In this document: in pieces, positions 9,742-19,223 of the stretch
Numbering within the stretch: the stretch's first letter is position 1
How the letters are laid out: every line of letters starts with the position of its first letter
Source: Deltaproteobacteria bacterium
GTDB taxonomy: Bacteria > Myxococcota > Myxococcia > SLRQ01
Assembly: GCA_029210625.1 (NCBI GenBank)
Contig: JARGFU010000001.1
Coordinates: 133,806-197,805, forward strand
Length of the DNA stretch: 64,000 nt
Reading direction: 5' to 3'
Notes under the pieces: model-generated
Seen by the model: the letters and a program-made list of their open reading frames with translations, nothing else
What the model was told of the DNA's origin: nothing
Database searches by the model: none
Position numbers and translations under genes: made by a program

Positions 9742-11019
9742 CTACCTCCGGCGGAGCGCCACGGCCTCCCCCAGGGGCGCGCGGCGCTGCGCCAGCCAGG
9801 CGCGCCGGCCCAGGGCGAAGATCACCCCCACCGCCAGGCCGGCCTCGATGCCGAGGGCGAGGGTGCCGGCGAAGGTGAGGGCCGCCTCCGCGAACTCGCC
9901 CCTCGCCTCCCGGTAGAGGCGGCGCAGCTCGGCGTGATCGAAGAGCTTGCTCACCGCCACCACGATGATCGCCGCGAGGACGGCCCTCGGCAGGTGCTCG
10001 AAGAGCGGGGTCAGGAAGAGGAGGGTCGCGAGCAGCACGACGCCGCTGACCAGGGAGGCCACCGGGCTCTTCGCGCCAGCCTGGGCGTTCACCGCCGTGC
10101 GGCCGAAGCCTCCGGTCACGGGGAAGGCGCCGACCAGGGAGCCGCCGAGGTTCGCCAGGGAGAGCCCGAGGAGCTCCCGGCGCGGATCGATCTCGTGGCC
10201 GCTGCGTCGGGCGAAGGCCCGCGCCACCGAGATCGACTCGACGTAGGCCACCAGGGCGATGGCCAGGGCCGCGCCGCCCAGCGAGCCCAGGGGGAGCCCG
10301 GTGAGGGTGGGCAGCGCCACGGCGGGGAGGCCCGCGGGCACCTCCCCCACCACGGCGATCCCCTCGGCGGCGGGCCCGAGGAGGAGGACCCCGAGGGTGG
10401 CCAGCGCCATCACGAGGAGGGCGCGGGGCAGCCGCCGGAAGGTCCGCTCCAGGACGAGCAGGAGGGCCACGCTGCCGGCGCCCAGGACCGCCGTGAGGCC
10501 GTGGACCTGGTCGAGGCGGGCGATCACCGCCCCGAGGACCTGGTGGAGGGCGTGGGTGCGGGGCAGCTCCACGCCGAGGAGGTGCCGGAGCTGGCTGGCG
10601 CCGATGATCAGGGCCGCCGCTCCGGTGAAGCCCACCAGCACCGGGTGGGTGAGGACCCGGGTGAGGCGATCCAGGCGCAGGGCCGCCATCCCCAGCATCA
10701 CGATCCCCACCAGCGCGGCGAGGAGCACCGCGGCGGGGACACGGCCCGCGGGCTCGGGGGAGAGGCCGCCCACCGCCGTCCCCACCATCAGGGCGATCAT
10801 CGCCGCCGGCCCGACGGCCAGCTGCCGGGAGCTGCCGACCAGGGCGTAGAGGAAGAGCGGCGCGGTGGAGGCGTAGAGCCCGACCACCGGGGGCAGCCCC
10901 GCCAGCATGGCGTAGGCCATCCCCTGGGGGATGAGCAGCACCGCCGTGGTGAGCCCGGCGCTGAGGTCCCCGGGCAGGTCCTCGCGGCGATAGCCCTTCA
11001 GCCAAGGGGGGACGAGCAC
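9742..11019 (-). CDS. SulP family inorganic anion transporter. Transmembrane core only, with no C-terminal STAS domain.
   Basis: Carries the SulP signature GLYASTAPLFLYALVGSSRQLAVGPAAM. At 425 aa it is about 100 aa shorter than canonical SulP proteins. Confidence 0.75.
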   Translation of the reverse strand: MLVPPWLKGYRREDLPGDLSAGLTTAVLLIPQGMAYAMLAGLPPVVGLYASTAPLFLYALVGSSRQLAVGPAAMIALMVGTAVGGLSPEPAGRVPAAVLLAALVGIVMLGMAALRLDRLTRVLTHPVLVGFTGAAALIIGASQLRHLLGVELPRTHALHQVLGAVIARLDQVHGLTAVLGAGSVALLLVLERTFRRLPRALLVMALATLGVLLLGPAAEGIAVVGEVPAGLPAVALPTLTGLPLGSLGGAALAIALVAYVESISVARAFARRSGHEIDPRRELLGLSLANLGGSLVGAFPVTGGFGRTAVNAQAGAKSPVASLVSGVVLLATLLFLTPLFEHLPRAVLAAIIVVAVSKLFDHAELRRLYREARGEFAEAALTFAGTLALGIEAGLAVGVIFALGRRAWLAQRRAPLGEAVALRRR

Positions 11020-11034
11020 TAGGGATCGCTGCCC

Positions 11035-11946
11035 CTAGGGGCGCGCCTCGGAGATCGGCTCCTCGCGCAGCGAGGTGGCCTCGGCGCCCTTCGGGGCGGG
11101 CTCCGGCCGGAAGACGTTGACCGGGATCTTGAAGTAGCGCAGCAGCCGGCCGCCGCCGACGTTCACCTGCACGCTCTGGAAGAGCAGCCGGGGCGAGGAG
11201 AGGCCCGCGTCCCGCTGGCTGCGGAAGGCGACGAAGTCCGCTCGCGAGCGGGAGGCCGGCAGCTGGACGTTCGAGGCCTTCTGAGCGGCGAGGGTCGTCT
11301 CCCAGGCGAGCTCCCGGCCGCCGGGCTGGTAGTCGTGCCCGACGAAGACCCGAGTCTCGTCCGGCAGCGCGTAGAGGCGCCCGGTGATCGAGTCGTAGAG
11401 GTCCTCGGCGCTCCCCCCGGGGAAGTCGCAGCGGCCGGTCCCCATGTCGGGCATGAAGAGGGCGTCGCCGGTGAAGATCGCGTCCTCGAAGAGGTAGGTG
11501 ACGCAGGCCGGGGTGTGGCCCGGCGTCGAGATGACCTCGAAGGCGAGCTTCCCGGCCTCGACCACCTCACCGTCCTCGAGGAGGAGATCGAACTGGCTGC
11601 CGTCGGTGGCGAAGTCCGCGGGCAGCTCGAAGACCTTCTGGAAGACCTGCTGCACCTCGGTGATCCGGCGGCCGATGGCCAGGCGGGCCCCGGGGAAGCG
11701 GGCCTTGAGCTCCTGCGCCCCGGAGAGGTGATCGGCGTGGGCGTGGGTCTCGAGGATCAGGTGGAGCTTCAGCCCCTCGGCCTCGAGGAAGGCCGCCACC
11801 TTCTCCACCGGCCCGGCGCTGACCCGCGACTCGACCGTGTCGAGCGCGAGGACCGGATCGATCACCACGGCGTCACCGCTCTCGGGCTCGAACACCACGT
11901 AGGTGAAGGTGGAGGTGGCCTCGTCGTGGAAGGTCTCGATCTGCAT
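11035..11946 (-). CDS. MBL-fold metallo-hydrolase, persulfide dioxygenase (ETHE1/type II PDO)-like
   Basis: Carries the THAHADH metal-binding motif and ISTPGHTP. Sits directly upstream of a rhodanese gene. Confidence 0.7.
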   Translation of the reverse strand: MQIETFHDEATSTFTYVVFEPESGDAVVIDPVLALDTVESRVSAGPVEKVAAFLEAEGLKLHLILETHAHADHLSGAQELKARFPGARLAIGRRITEVQQVFQKVFELPADFATDGSQFDLLLEDGEVVEAGKLAFEVISTPGHTPACVTYLFEDAIFTGDALFMPDMGTGRCDFPGGSAEDLYDSITGRLYALPDETRVFVGHDYQPGGRELAWETTLAAQKASNVQLPASRSRADFVAFRSQRDAGLSSPRLLFQSVQVNVGGGRLLRYFKIPVNVFRPEPAPKGAEATSLREEPISEARP

Positions 11947-11970
11947 GGGAGCGGCTCCTGCCTTCGAAGA

Positions 11971-12345
11971 TCAGGGGGCGATCCGGCTCCAGCCGATCAT
12001 CCCGCCCTGGAGGTTGTGGACGGTCGCGAAGCCCATCTGCATGAGGGCCATCGTCGCCCGGGCCGAGCGGGCGCCGGAGCGGCAGACCATCACCAGGGGC
12101 GGGTCGCGGTCCCAGGTGGAGGCGGCCTGGATCAGGCTCCCCAGGGGCACCAGCTCGGCGCCTTCGATGTGCCCGGCCTCGTACTCGTAGGGCTCCCGCA
12201 CGTCGATGACCCGCAGGCCGTGGTCGGGCTTCTCGAGCTGCCCGGCCAGCCATCCAGGGCCGGTCTGGGAGATCCCTCCCATCACCCGGGGCACTCCGTC
12301 GAGGTCGCTGGCTCCACCCATCCGTCTCTGGAAATCGAAGAGCAT
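11971..12345 (-). CDS. Single-domain rhodanese-like sulfurtransferase
   Basis: Active-site loop CRSGARS within a 124-aa rhodanese fold. Confidence 0.85.
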   Translation of the reverse strand: MLFDFQRRMGGASDLDGVPRVMGGISQTGPGWLAGQLEKPDHGLRVIDVREPYEYEAGHIEGAELVPLGSLIQAASTWDRDPPLVMVCRSGARSARATMALMQMGFATVHNLQGGMIGWSRIAP

Positions 12346-12496
12346 CCGGCTCTCTCCTCCAAGGCTCCAAATGGAGATTGATTCTCAACAGACAAGAGCC
12401 TGCGCCGGCCCCCGAGGATTCACCAGCCGGCATTTTCCCGGGTGGCCCTCGGGAAAATCTAGGGGGCGGAGGCCCGTGCTACCCTGGTTTGCGCAG

Positions 12497-13693
12497 ATGA
12501 AGTGGACCCTCGCCATCCTCACCGTGGTCCTGTTCTTCATGGCCGCCGGCTCACTGGTGGAGCGCCGCGAGGCGTCCCCGCCCGAGGTGGCGGCCGCGGA
12601 GCCGCCGCCGCCCGCCGGCCTCGAGGACCTCCAGGCGGGCCTGCGGCTCCTCGAGGCGGGCGACTACGACGCGGCTCAGCCCCCCCTCCTGCGGGCGGCG
12701 GCCAGCCCCGAGGCCACCCTGGCGGAGGAGGCGAGAGAGGGCCTGCTCACCTGCGAACGCGAGCTCCTCACCCTCGGCCTCCTCGAGTCGGTCCCCGAGG
12801 CCCTGCGCGAGGGCGACCTTGCGCGGGCGCGCCACCTGCTCGCCGAGGTGCCGGAGGCGAGCAAGCTCCACGAGGAGAGCCAGCGCGACCTCGCCGCCCT
12901 CTCCTCCCTGGCGGAGGGGCTCGGGAAGATGGAGGAGCCCTCCCGGCTGGAGGTCCTCCGGCACGTCCGGGCGCTCGCCGACGAGCACCCCCGCGCCTCA
13001 CAGCTCGTCGAGGCGCTCCACCCGAGGCTGGAGGCGGAGCTGCGCCAGCTCCGGGACGCCGCCCACCGCAGCTTCGAGCGTGACCCCGAGAGCGCGGAGG
13101 AGCTCGCCCGGCGGGGCCTGAGCTTCGCCCCGGCCTTCGGCGAGAAGAGCTCCCTCGTCCTCGTCGACCTGCAGGCGATCGTCGATCGGTTCGAGGCGCT
13201 GCCCCCGGCGCCGGCGGCGCCCCCGCCGGGGAGCTCGGCGGCCCGCACCGAGCCGGGCATCGCGCTGGCGCTGCGCGCCTTCGACGGCGAGCGCTTCGAA
13301 GAGGCCCGCAAGTTCCTCTGGGACGTCGGCAACCACGGCTCGAACGCGGGCGCCCGGCAGGAGGCCAGCCGCCTGAGCGTCGCCGTCGCCGAGTTCCTGC
13401 CCGACTTCCAGAGCGGGATGACCGCCCTGCGCCGGGGTGAGGCGGACGAGGCCATCGAGGACCTCACCCGGGCCGAGCAGACCATCGAGACGATCTCCCC
13501 CGGGGGCGCGCTGCGAGGGCGCCTCCGGCAGCAGCTCTCCCTCCTCCACGTGGGGCAGGGCAAGGCGGCCGCCGAGCTGGGGATGCCCCGGGAGGCCCGC
13601 GCCCACTTCCGGGCCGCCCTCGAGCTCGAGCCCGACAACCTCGAGGCGAAGCTCGGGATGGCCGCGACGAAGAGCCGGAAGAAGCCGCGCTGA
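12497..13693 (+). CDS. Hypothetical exported alpha-helical (TPR-like) protein
   Basis: ATG at 12497 (MKWTLAILTVVLFFMAAG, signal/anchor) is in frame with track ORF 12206. Helical repeat composition. The track's longer start lies in the divergent intergenic region. Confidence 0.5.
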   Translation: MKWTLAILTVVLFFMAAGSLVERREASPPEVAAAEPPPPAGLEDLQAGLRLLEAGDYDAAQPPLLRAAASPEATLAEEAREGLLTCERELLTLGLLESVPEALREGDLARARHLLAEVPEASKLHEESQRDLAALSSLAEGLGKMEEPSRLEVLRHVRALADEHPRASQLVEALHPRLEAELRQLRDAAHRSFERDPESAEELARRGLSFAPAFGEKSSLVLVDLQAIVDRFEALPPAPAAPPPGSSAARTEPGIALALRAFDGERFEEARKFLWDVGNHGSNAGARQEASRLSVAVAEFLPDFQSGMTALRRGEADEAIEDLTRAEQTIETISPGGALRGRLRQQLSLLHVGQGKAAAELGMPREARAHFRAALELEPDNLEAKLGMAATKSRKKPR

Positions 13694-13754
13694 TTGCGTC
13701 CTGGCCCGCGGGGAACACCCTCTACCTCTCGACTCTCGATCCGGAGGTGACCCC

Positions 13755-14426
13755 ATGACCGCGCGCCGACCCGCCCTCGCCCTCGCCCTGCTGCTCGCCA
13801 CGAGCCTCACCGCCTGCAACGATCCCGCCGAGGGCAAGCCCGCGGCGAAGACCGAGGCCGCCGCCTCGGCCACGCCTCCCGCGGCGCCCGCCACCACCGG
13901 CGCACCCGCCCCCGCGGCCGCGGCCGCGGCGATCCCCGAGGGGGCCGTCGCCTTCGATCAGCGCGCCGGCACGATCCAGTGGGTCGGCAGCAAGGTGACC
14001 GGCTCGCACCTGGGCGGCTTCGAGCGCTTCCACGGCTGGATCCAGCACGATCCCGGGAGCGGCAGCTACGCCTTCGAGGTGGTCATCGACATGGCCTCGG
14101 TGACGAGCGACTCGGGAGGCCTCACCCGCCACCTGCAGAGCGGCGACTTCTTCCTGGTCTCCGAGCACCCCACCGCGACCTTCCGGACCACCGAGCCCAT
14201 CCTCCCCTCGGAGGGGAAGGCGACGGTCGTCGGCGAGCTCACCCTGCGGGGCGTGACGAAGAAGCTCTCCTTCCCCGCCGAGATCTCGGTGCGCGAGGAC
14301 GGCTACACCTTCAAGAGCGAGTTCACCCTCGAGCGCTTCGACTGGGGCGTCGCCTACGAGGGCGCGGCCGACGACCTCATCCGCAACGCCGTGGTCGTGA
14401 AGCTCGCCTTCGAGTCGACGCTCTAG
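13755..14426 (+). CDS. YceI family lipoprotein
   Basis: ATG at 13755 with a GGAGGTGA RBS. Lipobox LTAC. YceI-like motifs (WVGSKVTGSHLGGF, ELTLRGVTK). Confidence 0.75.
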   Translation: MTARRPALALALLLATSLTACNDPAEGKPAAKTEAAASATPPAAPATTGAPAPAAAAAAIPEGAVAFDQRAGTIQWVGSKVTGSHLGGFERFHGWIQHDPGSGSYAFEVVIDMASVTSDSGGLTRHLQSGDFFLVSEHPTATFRTTEPILPSEGKATVVGELTLRGVTKKLSFPAEISVREDGYTFKSEFTLERFDWGVAYEGAADDLIRNAVVVKLAFESTL

Positions 14427-15154
14427 GGCCGGTAGACGTCGAAGCGCACGGACTTCCCGGCGAGCACGAAGTCCGGCTTGCGGCCGTCGGGGCCCGCCTC
14501 GGGGTCGTGCAGGCGGCGCTTGACCACCACCCGCTCCCGGGCCCGCGCGAGTGCCAGCCGGACGAGCTCCTCGTGGGGCGACTCGTCGTGCCCCACCAGC
14601 TCGGCCAGGTAGCGGGCGCGCTTGTTGGGCAGGGCCTTCTTGCTGCGCTCGGGGAAGATCGGGTCGAGGTAGATGACGTCGTAGAGGCCCTCCTGCTCCA
14701 GGATCAGTCGCGCCTCGGCGCGGACCGCCTCCACCTCTCCCGGGGCGTCGGGCGCCGGGCCGAGGCGCCGGAGGCCGTCCACGAGGATCTCGAAGACCAG
14801 CGGGTGCCGCTCGCAGAGGGTCACCGAGCAGCCCAGCGCCGCGAGGGTGAGACCGTCGAGGCCGAAGCCCGCGGTGGCGTCGAGGACGGTGATGCCGGGC
14901 GCCGCCTTGCAGGCCCGGGCCAGCAGCAGCTTCTTGCCCTGCTGTAGCCGCCGCTTCAGATCCTGGGGCCGCAGCATCGCGCCGCCGCGCTCGCCGTCCT
15001 TGCAGAGCTGCAGCCCCGAAGGCAGCTCGTCGACGTGAAAGCCCATCCGCTCCGCCTCTCTGTGGACTCGACCGGGGAATCCTACCATGTCCGATCGAGG
15101 TCCATCAGAAGCGAAGGGCGAGGACGAGCCGCTCGGAGAGATGCCACACCGCAC
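14423..15154 (-). CDS. rsmJ: 16S rRNA (guanine1516-N2)-methyltransferase RsmJ-like class I SAM methyltransferase. Start ambiguous: M1, M23 or M37.
   Basis: VLDATAGFGLDGLTLAALGCSV...YLDPIFP...VVVKRR matches the RsmJ core. The longest start overlaps the upstream OMP gene by 50 nt. The ATG at about 15046 has a GAGAGGCGGAG RBS. Confidence 0.65.
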   Translation of the reverse strand: MRCGISPSGSSSPFASDGPRSDMVGFPGRVHREAERMGFHVDELPSGLQLCKDGERGGAMLRPQDLKRRLQQGKKLLLARACKAAPGITVLDATAGFGLDGLTLAALGCSVTLCERHPLVFEILVDGLRRLGPAPDAPGEVEAVRAEARLILEQEGLYDVIYLDPIFPERSKKALPNKRARYLAELVGHDESPHEELVRLALARARERVVVKRRLHDPEAGPDGRKPDFVLAGKSVRFDVYRP

Positions 15155-15674
15155 CCTCGGGGAAGGAGACCCAGGCCCCGTCGATCACCAGCAGGAGCCC
15201 CAGCGCCTTGCCGATCCGCCACTCGAGCGAGCCGGCGAGGAGCGGGGAGACCGGGAAGCCCGCCGAGGAGCGGTCGTTGGGGTCGGTGGAGGCCGGCAGG
15301 CCCAGGAGCTCCCGGCTCGCCACCAGCGCGCCGATCCGCAGGCCCGCGCCCAGGGCCGGGCGAAGAGGCGCCCGATCGTCGAGGAAGCGATACATCCCCA
15401 CCACCGCGACGGCGGCCTGCGCCCAGCTCGCCTTCCCCTCCTCGATGCCGCGGGAGAGGCTCCCCTCGAGGCGCAGCGCCCAGGCCGGAGCGAGGCCGAG
15501 CTGGAAGCCCAGGTGCTGGACGACCCCCACGGCCGCCCCCCCGGGCCCCACGGCCTCCACCGGGCCGACCCCCAGCTCGACGCGCAGACCCCAGCCCAGG
15601 AGGCCGTCCTCGGCCCGGGCCTGCGTGGCGCCGAGCAGGCCGACCAGGGTCAGGAGGTGGAGAGCTCGCCTCAC
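15105..15674 (-). CDS. Small outer-membrane beta-barrel protein (OmpA-like barrel / OmpW-type)
   Basis: GTG start with signal peptide VRRALHLLTLVGLLGATQARA. Alternating beta-strand pattern and a C-terminal aromatic residue (…LALRF). It is the only protein-like part of the 484-aa track ORF. GTGA overlap with the upstream gene's stop. Confidence 0.5.
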   Translation of the reverse strand: MRRALHLLTLVGLLGATQARAEDGLLGWGLRVELGVGPVEAVGPGGAAVGVVQHLGFQLGLAPAWALRLEGSLSRGIEEGKASWAQAAVAVVGMYRFLDDRAPLRPALGAGLRIGALVASRELLGLPASTDPNDRSSAGFPVSPLLAGSLEWRIGKALGLLLVIDGAWVSFPEGAVWHLSERLVLALRF

Positions 15675-16483
15675 CTTCGCCGCTCTCGCTCGTGGGCCAG
15701 GCGGGTGAGGGCCACCTGCATGATGCTCTCGACCTGCCGGGCGCAGCGCTCGACGTAGGCCTCGTCCGCGGCGGCCTCCTCCCCCTGCCGATCGAAGTGG
15801 ATGGGCTCGAGGACCTCGATCAGGATCTTCGAGGGCCAGGGCAGGTAGAGGAGCTGCGGCCCCACGACCACGCCCCAGGGCAGGCAGAGGGTGATCGGCC
15901 AGACCTTCACCCGCAGCAGGCGGTCGGCCCGCAGCAGGCGCGCCAACCGGCGGCCGTCGGTGAGCACCCGGAAGGTGGCGTGCGCGCCCGCGGCCACCAC
16001 CGGCACCAGGGGCACACCCCCGCGCAGGGCCAGGCGGACGTAGCCGCGCCGGCCGCCGAAGACGATCCGATCCCGATCCCGGTAGGGGCGCATGGCCTCG
16101 TAGTCGCCGCCCGGGTAGACCAGCACCTTGTGGCCGGCCTCGAAGAGGCGCAGGCCGTTCTCGTGGCTCGCCCGCACCGCGCCCAGGGGGGCGGTGATCT
16201 CGTTGAGCACGGGCAGGGAGATCGCGAACTCGTGGCCGAGGCCGTAGGGCATCCCGGCCAGCCCCAGCTCGCGGTAGACGGCCGCCCCGAAGAGGAAGGC
16301 CTCGGGGATCATCAGGCCGCCGTTGTGGTTTCCCACGTAGAGGGCCGCCCCCGGGGGGATCCGCTCCAGGCCGCTGACCTCGGCCCGGTAGTAGGGCTCG
16401 AGCACCCCCTCCACGATCCGCACGAAGCGCTCGAGCCAGCGCTCGTCCCGGTTGTCCAGGCTGTCGATGTCGAAGCGGGGCAC
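15671..16483 (-). CDS. Lysophospholipid/glycerolipid acyltransferase family protein (PlsC superfamily)
   Basis: Protein-like from VPRFDIDSLDN onward. Carries VGNHNGG (HX4-like block) and VYPGGDYE (FPEGTR-like block). The upstream 170 aa of the track ORF is RGAP-rich and spans an AT-rich promoter patch, so it is judged non-coding. GTG start; exact start uncertain. Confidence 0.55.
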   Translation of the reverse strand: MPRFDIDSLDNRDERWLERFVRIVEGVLEPYYRAEVSGLERIPPGAALYVGNHNGGLMIPEAFLFGAAVYRELGLAGMPYGLGHEFAISLPVLNEITAPLGAVRASHENGLRLFEAGHKVLVYPGGDYEAMRPYRDRDRIVFGGRRGYVRLALRGGVPLVPVVAAGAHATFRVLTDGRRLARLLRADRLLRVKVWPITLCLPWGVVVGPQLLYLPWPSKILIEVLEPIHFDRQGEEAAADEAYVERCARQVESIMQVALTRLAHERERRR

Positions 16484-16675
16484 GGCAGCACACTCTCGGC
16501 GCAGAACGGGTGCCAGGTCCAGGGGGCGGCCCCGGGAACTCGTCAGGACCACCTGACATTCATGCAGGAATTTTACAACTACAATAGATTTGGGTCCGCT
16601 CCTGGCTGGAAGGAGCGGGATCGTCGACGGCGGGGCGCCGCCGACGGAAGAGACGTCAACATCAGGGGAACACAG

Positions 16676-16972
16676 ATGAAGAAGAACTGCTGGGAATCGA
16701 CCTCCTGTGGCAGGGAGCCGGGAGGCAAGAAGAGCTCGGAGCTGGGCGTCTGCCCGGCCGCGACCGAGAAGCGGACCGACGGGATCAACAGCGGCAAGAA
16801 CGGTGGGCGGGCCTGCTGGGCGGTCACCGGCACCCTCTGCGGCGGCCAGGTGCAGGGCTCCTACGCCATCAAGCTCTCCAACTGCATGGCCTGCGACTTC
16901 TACCAGCAGGTGAAGGCGGAAGAGGGGAGCGCCTACGTCTACTCCCGCAAGATCGTCGCTCAGCTGAGCTAG
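16676..16972 (+). CDS. Two-CW domain small cysteine-rich protein
   Basis: 98 aa with two Cys-Trp cores (NCWESTSCGREPGG…LGVCPAA and GGRACWAVTGTLCGG…NCMACDFY). Matches the 'two-CW' domain seen at sensor-kinase N-termini. RBS AGGGGA. AT-rich leader. Confidence 0.65.
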   Translation: MKKNCWESTSCGREPGGKKSSELGVCPAATEKRTDGINSGKNGGRACWAVTGTLCGGQVQGSYAIKLSNCMACDFYQQVKAEEGSAYVYSRKIVAQLS

Positions 16973-17040
16973 ACCGCGCCAAGGACCGGGCCTTTTGGGG
17001 TAGGGTGCCACGCGCCGTGAGCACCCACGAGATCAGCACC

Positions 17041-17574
17041 ATGAAGCGCGCCACCCTCCCCGGCCGCATCGCCGCCCTCTGGGGCGTGGCGGGGGTCGTG
17101 CTGCTCTGCACCAGCGCGATCGTTCGCCTGGCCCCCCTGGCCTGGGAGCCGATCCGGACGGGGGAGCTTCTCTGGTGGCACGGCCTCCTCTACGCCCTGA
17201 GCGTCGTCCTGATGGCCTACTCGGAGGGCTACAAGGGCTTCCAGAAGGCCTTCGCCCCCCGGGTGGTGAGCCGGGCGGCTCACCTCGCCCGCGACCCTCG
17301 CCTCCTCCACGCGCTGCTGGCCCCCTTCTTCTGCATGGCCCTCTTCCACGCCCCCCGCCGCCGGAAGATCGTCTCCTGGTCGATCACCACCGGGGTGATC
17401 CTCCTGATCGTGCTGGTGCGCCTGACCCCTCAGCCCTGGCGCGGCATCATCGACGCCGGGGTGGTGGTGGGCCTCGGCTGGGGCGTGGCGGCGATCCTCG
17501 CCTTCGCCCTGCGCACGCTGATGGGCGCACCGCCGCCGGCCGCGCCCGAGCTGCCCGAGCCGGCCGCTGGCTAG
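17041..17574 (+). CDS. Hypothetical 4-TM membrane protein
   Basis: MKRATLPGRIAALWGVAGVVLL… contains four hydrophobic helices. The track start at 17005 (GTG) is also possible. Confidence 0.4.
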   Translation: MKRATLPGRIAALWGVAGVVLLCTSAIVRLAPLAWEPIRTGELLWWHGLLYALSVVLMAYSEGYKGFQKAFAPRVVSRAAHLARDPRLLHALLAPFFCMALFHAPRRRKIVSWSITTGVILLIVLVRLTPQPWRGIIDAGVVVGLGWGVAAILAFALRTLMGAPPPAAPELPEPAAG

Positions 17575-17576
17575 AA

Positions 17577-18656
17577 TCAGGTGGTGAAGTTGACCGCCCG
17601 CTCCAGGTCGCTGGGGTTGGTGGCCGCCTCCTTGGCGACATCCAGGGTGACCTTCCCCTGGGAGAGCAGCTCCGCCAGGTGCTGATCGAAGGACTGGGTG
17701 CCGAGCAGGCCCCGGTTCTTCTCCAGGTAGTCCTTGATCTCGCCGGTGCGCTCCTCGTCCCGGATGAACTCCTGGATCGAGCGGGTGGTGAGCATCACCT
17801 CGCAGGCCACCACCCGGCCCGACCCCTGGGCCGGCGGTAGCAGGCGCTGGGAGACGGTCGACTTGAGGGCGTCGGCCAGCCGGGCGCGCACGCCGTGATG
17901 GGCCTCGGGGGGATAGGCCCCGAGCAGGCGGTTGATGGTGCGGACCGCGTCCTGGGTGTGCACCGTGGAGAGGACCAGGTGGCCGGTCTCGGCGGCCTTC
18001 AGCGCGATCTCGATGGTCTCGATGTCGCGCATCTCACCGAGCATGATCACGTCGGGGTCCTGGCGCAGCGAGGCCTTGAGCGCCGCCGCGAAGGAGGGCG
18101 TGTCGGGGCCGATCTCCCGCTGGGTCACCCGGGAGAGCTTGTCCTCGTGGAAGAACTCGATGGGGTCCTCGATGGTGAGGACGTGCTTGCGCTCGTGGGC
18201 GTTGATGTAGCCCACGATGGCCGCCAGGGTGCTGGACTTGCCCGAGCCGGTGACGCCGGTGACCAGCACCAGGCCCCGCTCGGTCTGGGCCACCTTCTCG
18301 AGCACCGCCGGGAGGTTGAGGCTGGCGAAGCTCGGGACGTCGTAGGGGATGGCCCGCAGGATGATCCCGAGGTTGCCCTCGCTCCGGAAGATGCTGGCCC
18401 GGAAGCGCGCCACCCCCGGCAGGGCGTAGGAGGCGTCGTGCTCGGTGAGCTCCTCGAGGCTGCCCTTGTAGCGGGAGCGGCTCAGGATGTGCCCGGCGAC
18501 CCGCTGGGTGTCCTCGGCCGAGAGGGCGGGGACCTTCACGGCGAGGAGCTCTCCGTTCACTCGCAGCGCGGGCGACGCGCCGACCTTGAAGTGGATGTCC
18601 GACGCGCCGGTGTTCACCGAGGCGCCCAGGAAGCGGTTGAAACTCTCGAGCTCCAT
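17577..18656 (-). CDS. pilT: Type IV pilus retraction ATPase PilT
   Basis: Walker A GVTGSGKST and the PilT motifs TIEDPIEF and LGEMRD. At 359 aa the length is typical. Confidence 0.9.
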   Translation of the reverse strand: MELESFNRFLGASVNTGASDIHFKVGASPALRVNGELLAVKVPALSAEDTQRVAGHILSRSRYKGSLEELTEHDASYALPGVARFRASIFRSEGNLGIILRAIPYDVPSFASLNLPAVLEKVAQTERGLVLVTGVTGSGKSSTLAAIVGYINAHERKHVLTIEDPIEFFHEDKLSRVTQREIGPDTPSFAAALKASLRQDPDVIMLGEMRDIETIEIALKAAETGHLVLSTVHTQDAVRTINRLLGAYPPEAHHGVRARLADALKSTVSQRLLPPAQGSGRVVACEVMLTTRSIQEFIRDEERTGEIKDYLEKNRGLLGTQSFDQHLAELLSQGKVTLDVAKEAATNPSDLERAVNFTT

Positions 18657-18672
18657 CGTGCTCTCCTCTCGC

Positions 18673-19170
18673 CTAGCGCATCCCGAGCTCGAAGGCCTTC
18701 GCGGCCGTGAGCTCGTCGTTGGTCTTCCGCAGCCGCTCGGCGAGCGTCTGGCAGAAGCCCCGGTAGATCTTCCGGGCCAGGGTGTCGTCCGCGGCCAGCA
18801 CCTTCTCGAAGGCGTCCCGCTCCATCACCAGCAGGCGGGCGTCCCTCGTCACCCGCACCCGGGCGCTGGTGAGCATGTCGTCGACCAGGGCCATCTCGCC
18901 GAAGATCTGCCCGGGGCCGAGGCGGCCGAGCTCCTCGTCGTCGCCGTCCCCGTCGGTGTCCTCGCCGCGGGTGACCAGGACCTCGCCCTCGATGATCACG
19001 TAGAGGGCATCCCCCAGGGCGCCCCGCTCGATCACGACCTCCCCGGCGGGCACGTCGCGGTGCGCGGCGATCTCCCCCAGGCGGGTGGTCTCGTCGAAGT
19101 TCAGCTGCGAGAAGATGCGGAGCTTCTGGAGCAGCTCCACCCCCTCCACCTCACCGAGTGCATTGTCCAC
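18673..19170 (-). CDS. Cyclic nucleotide-binding (cNMP/CAP effector) domain protein
   Basis: Carries FGEMALV…RSARV phosphate-binding-cassette-like motifs. Sits immediately upstream of pilT on the same strand. Confidence 0.7.
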   Translation of the reverse strand: MDNALGEVEGVELLQKLRIFSQLNFDETTRLGEIAAHRDVPAGEVVIERGALGDALYVIIEGEVLVTRGEDTDGDGDDEELGRLGPGQIFGEMALVDDMLTSARVRVTRDARLLVMERDAFEKVLAADDTLARKIYRGFCQTLAERLRKTNDELTAAKAFELGMR

Positions 19171-19223
19171 GGCTCACCTCCGAGGCCGGCATCATGGCCC
19201 GAACCGCTCCCGTGGATCCAGCT

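Noticed and set aside
8879-11005. 708-aa minus-strand ORF and 656-aa plus-strand ORF (9052..11022) over the SulP region
   Set aside because: Both are RGPA-rich. The SulP reading (9742..11019, minus) has TM helices and the SulP signature.
15671-17011. N-terminal 176 aa of the 446-aa acyltransferase ORF, including the stretch over the AT-rich patch at 16560-16600
   Set aside because: Composition is artefactual until VPRFDIDSLDN. The region also holds a well-supported plus-strand gene (two-CW protein) and a promoter-like AT-rich island.
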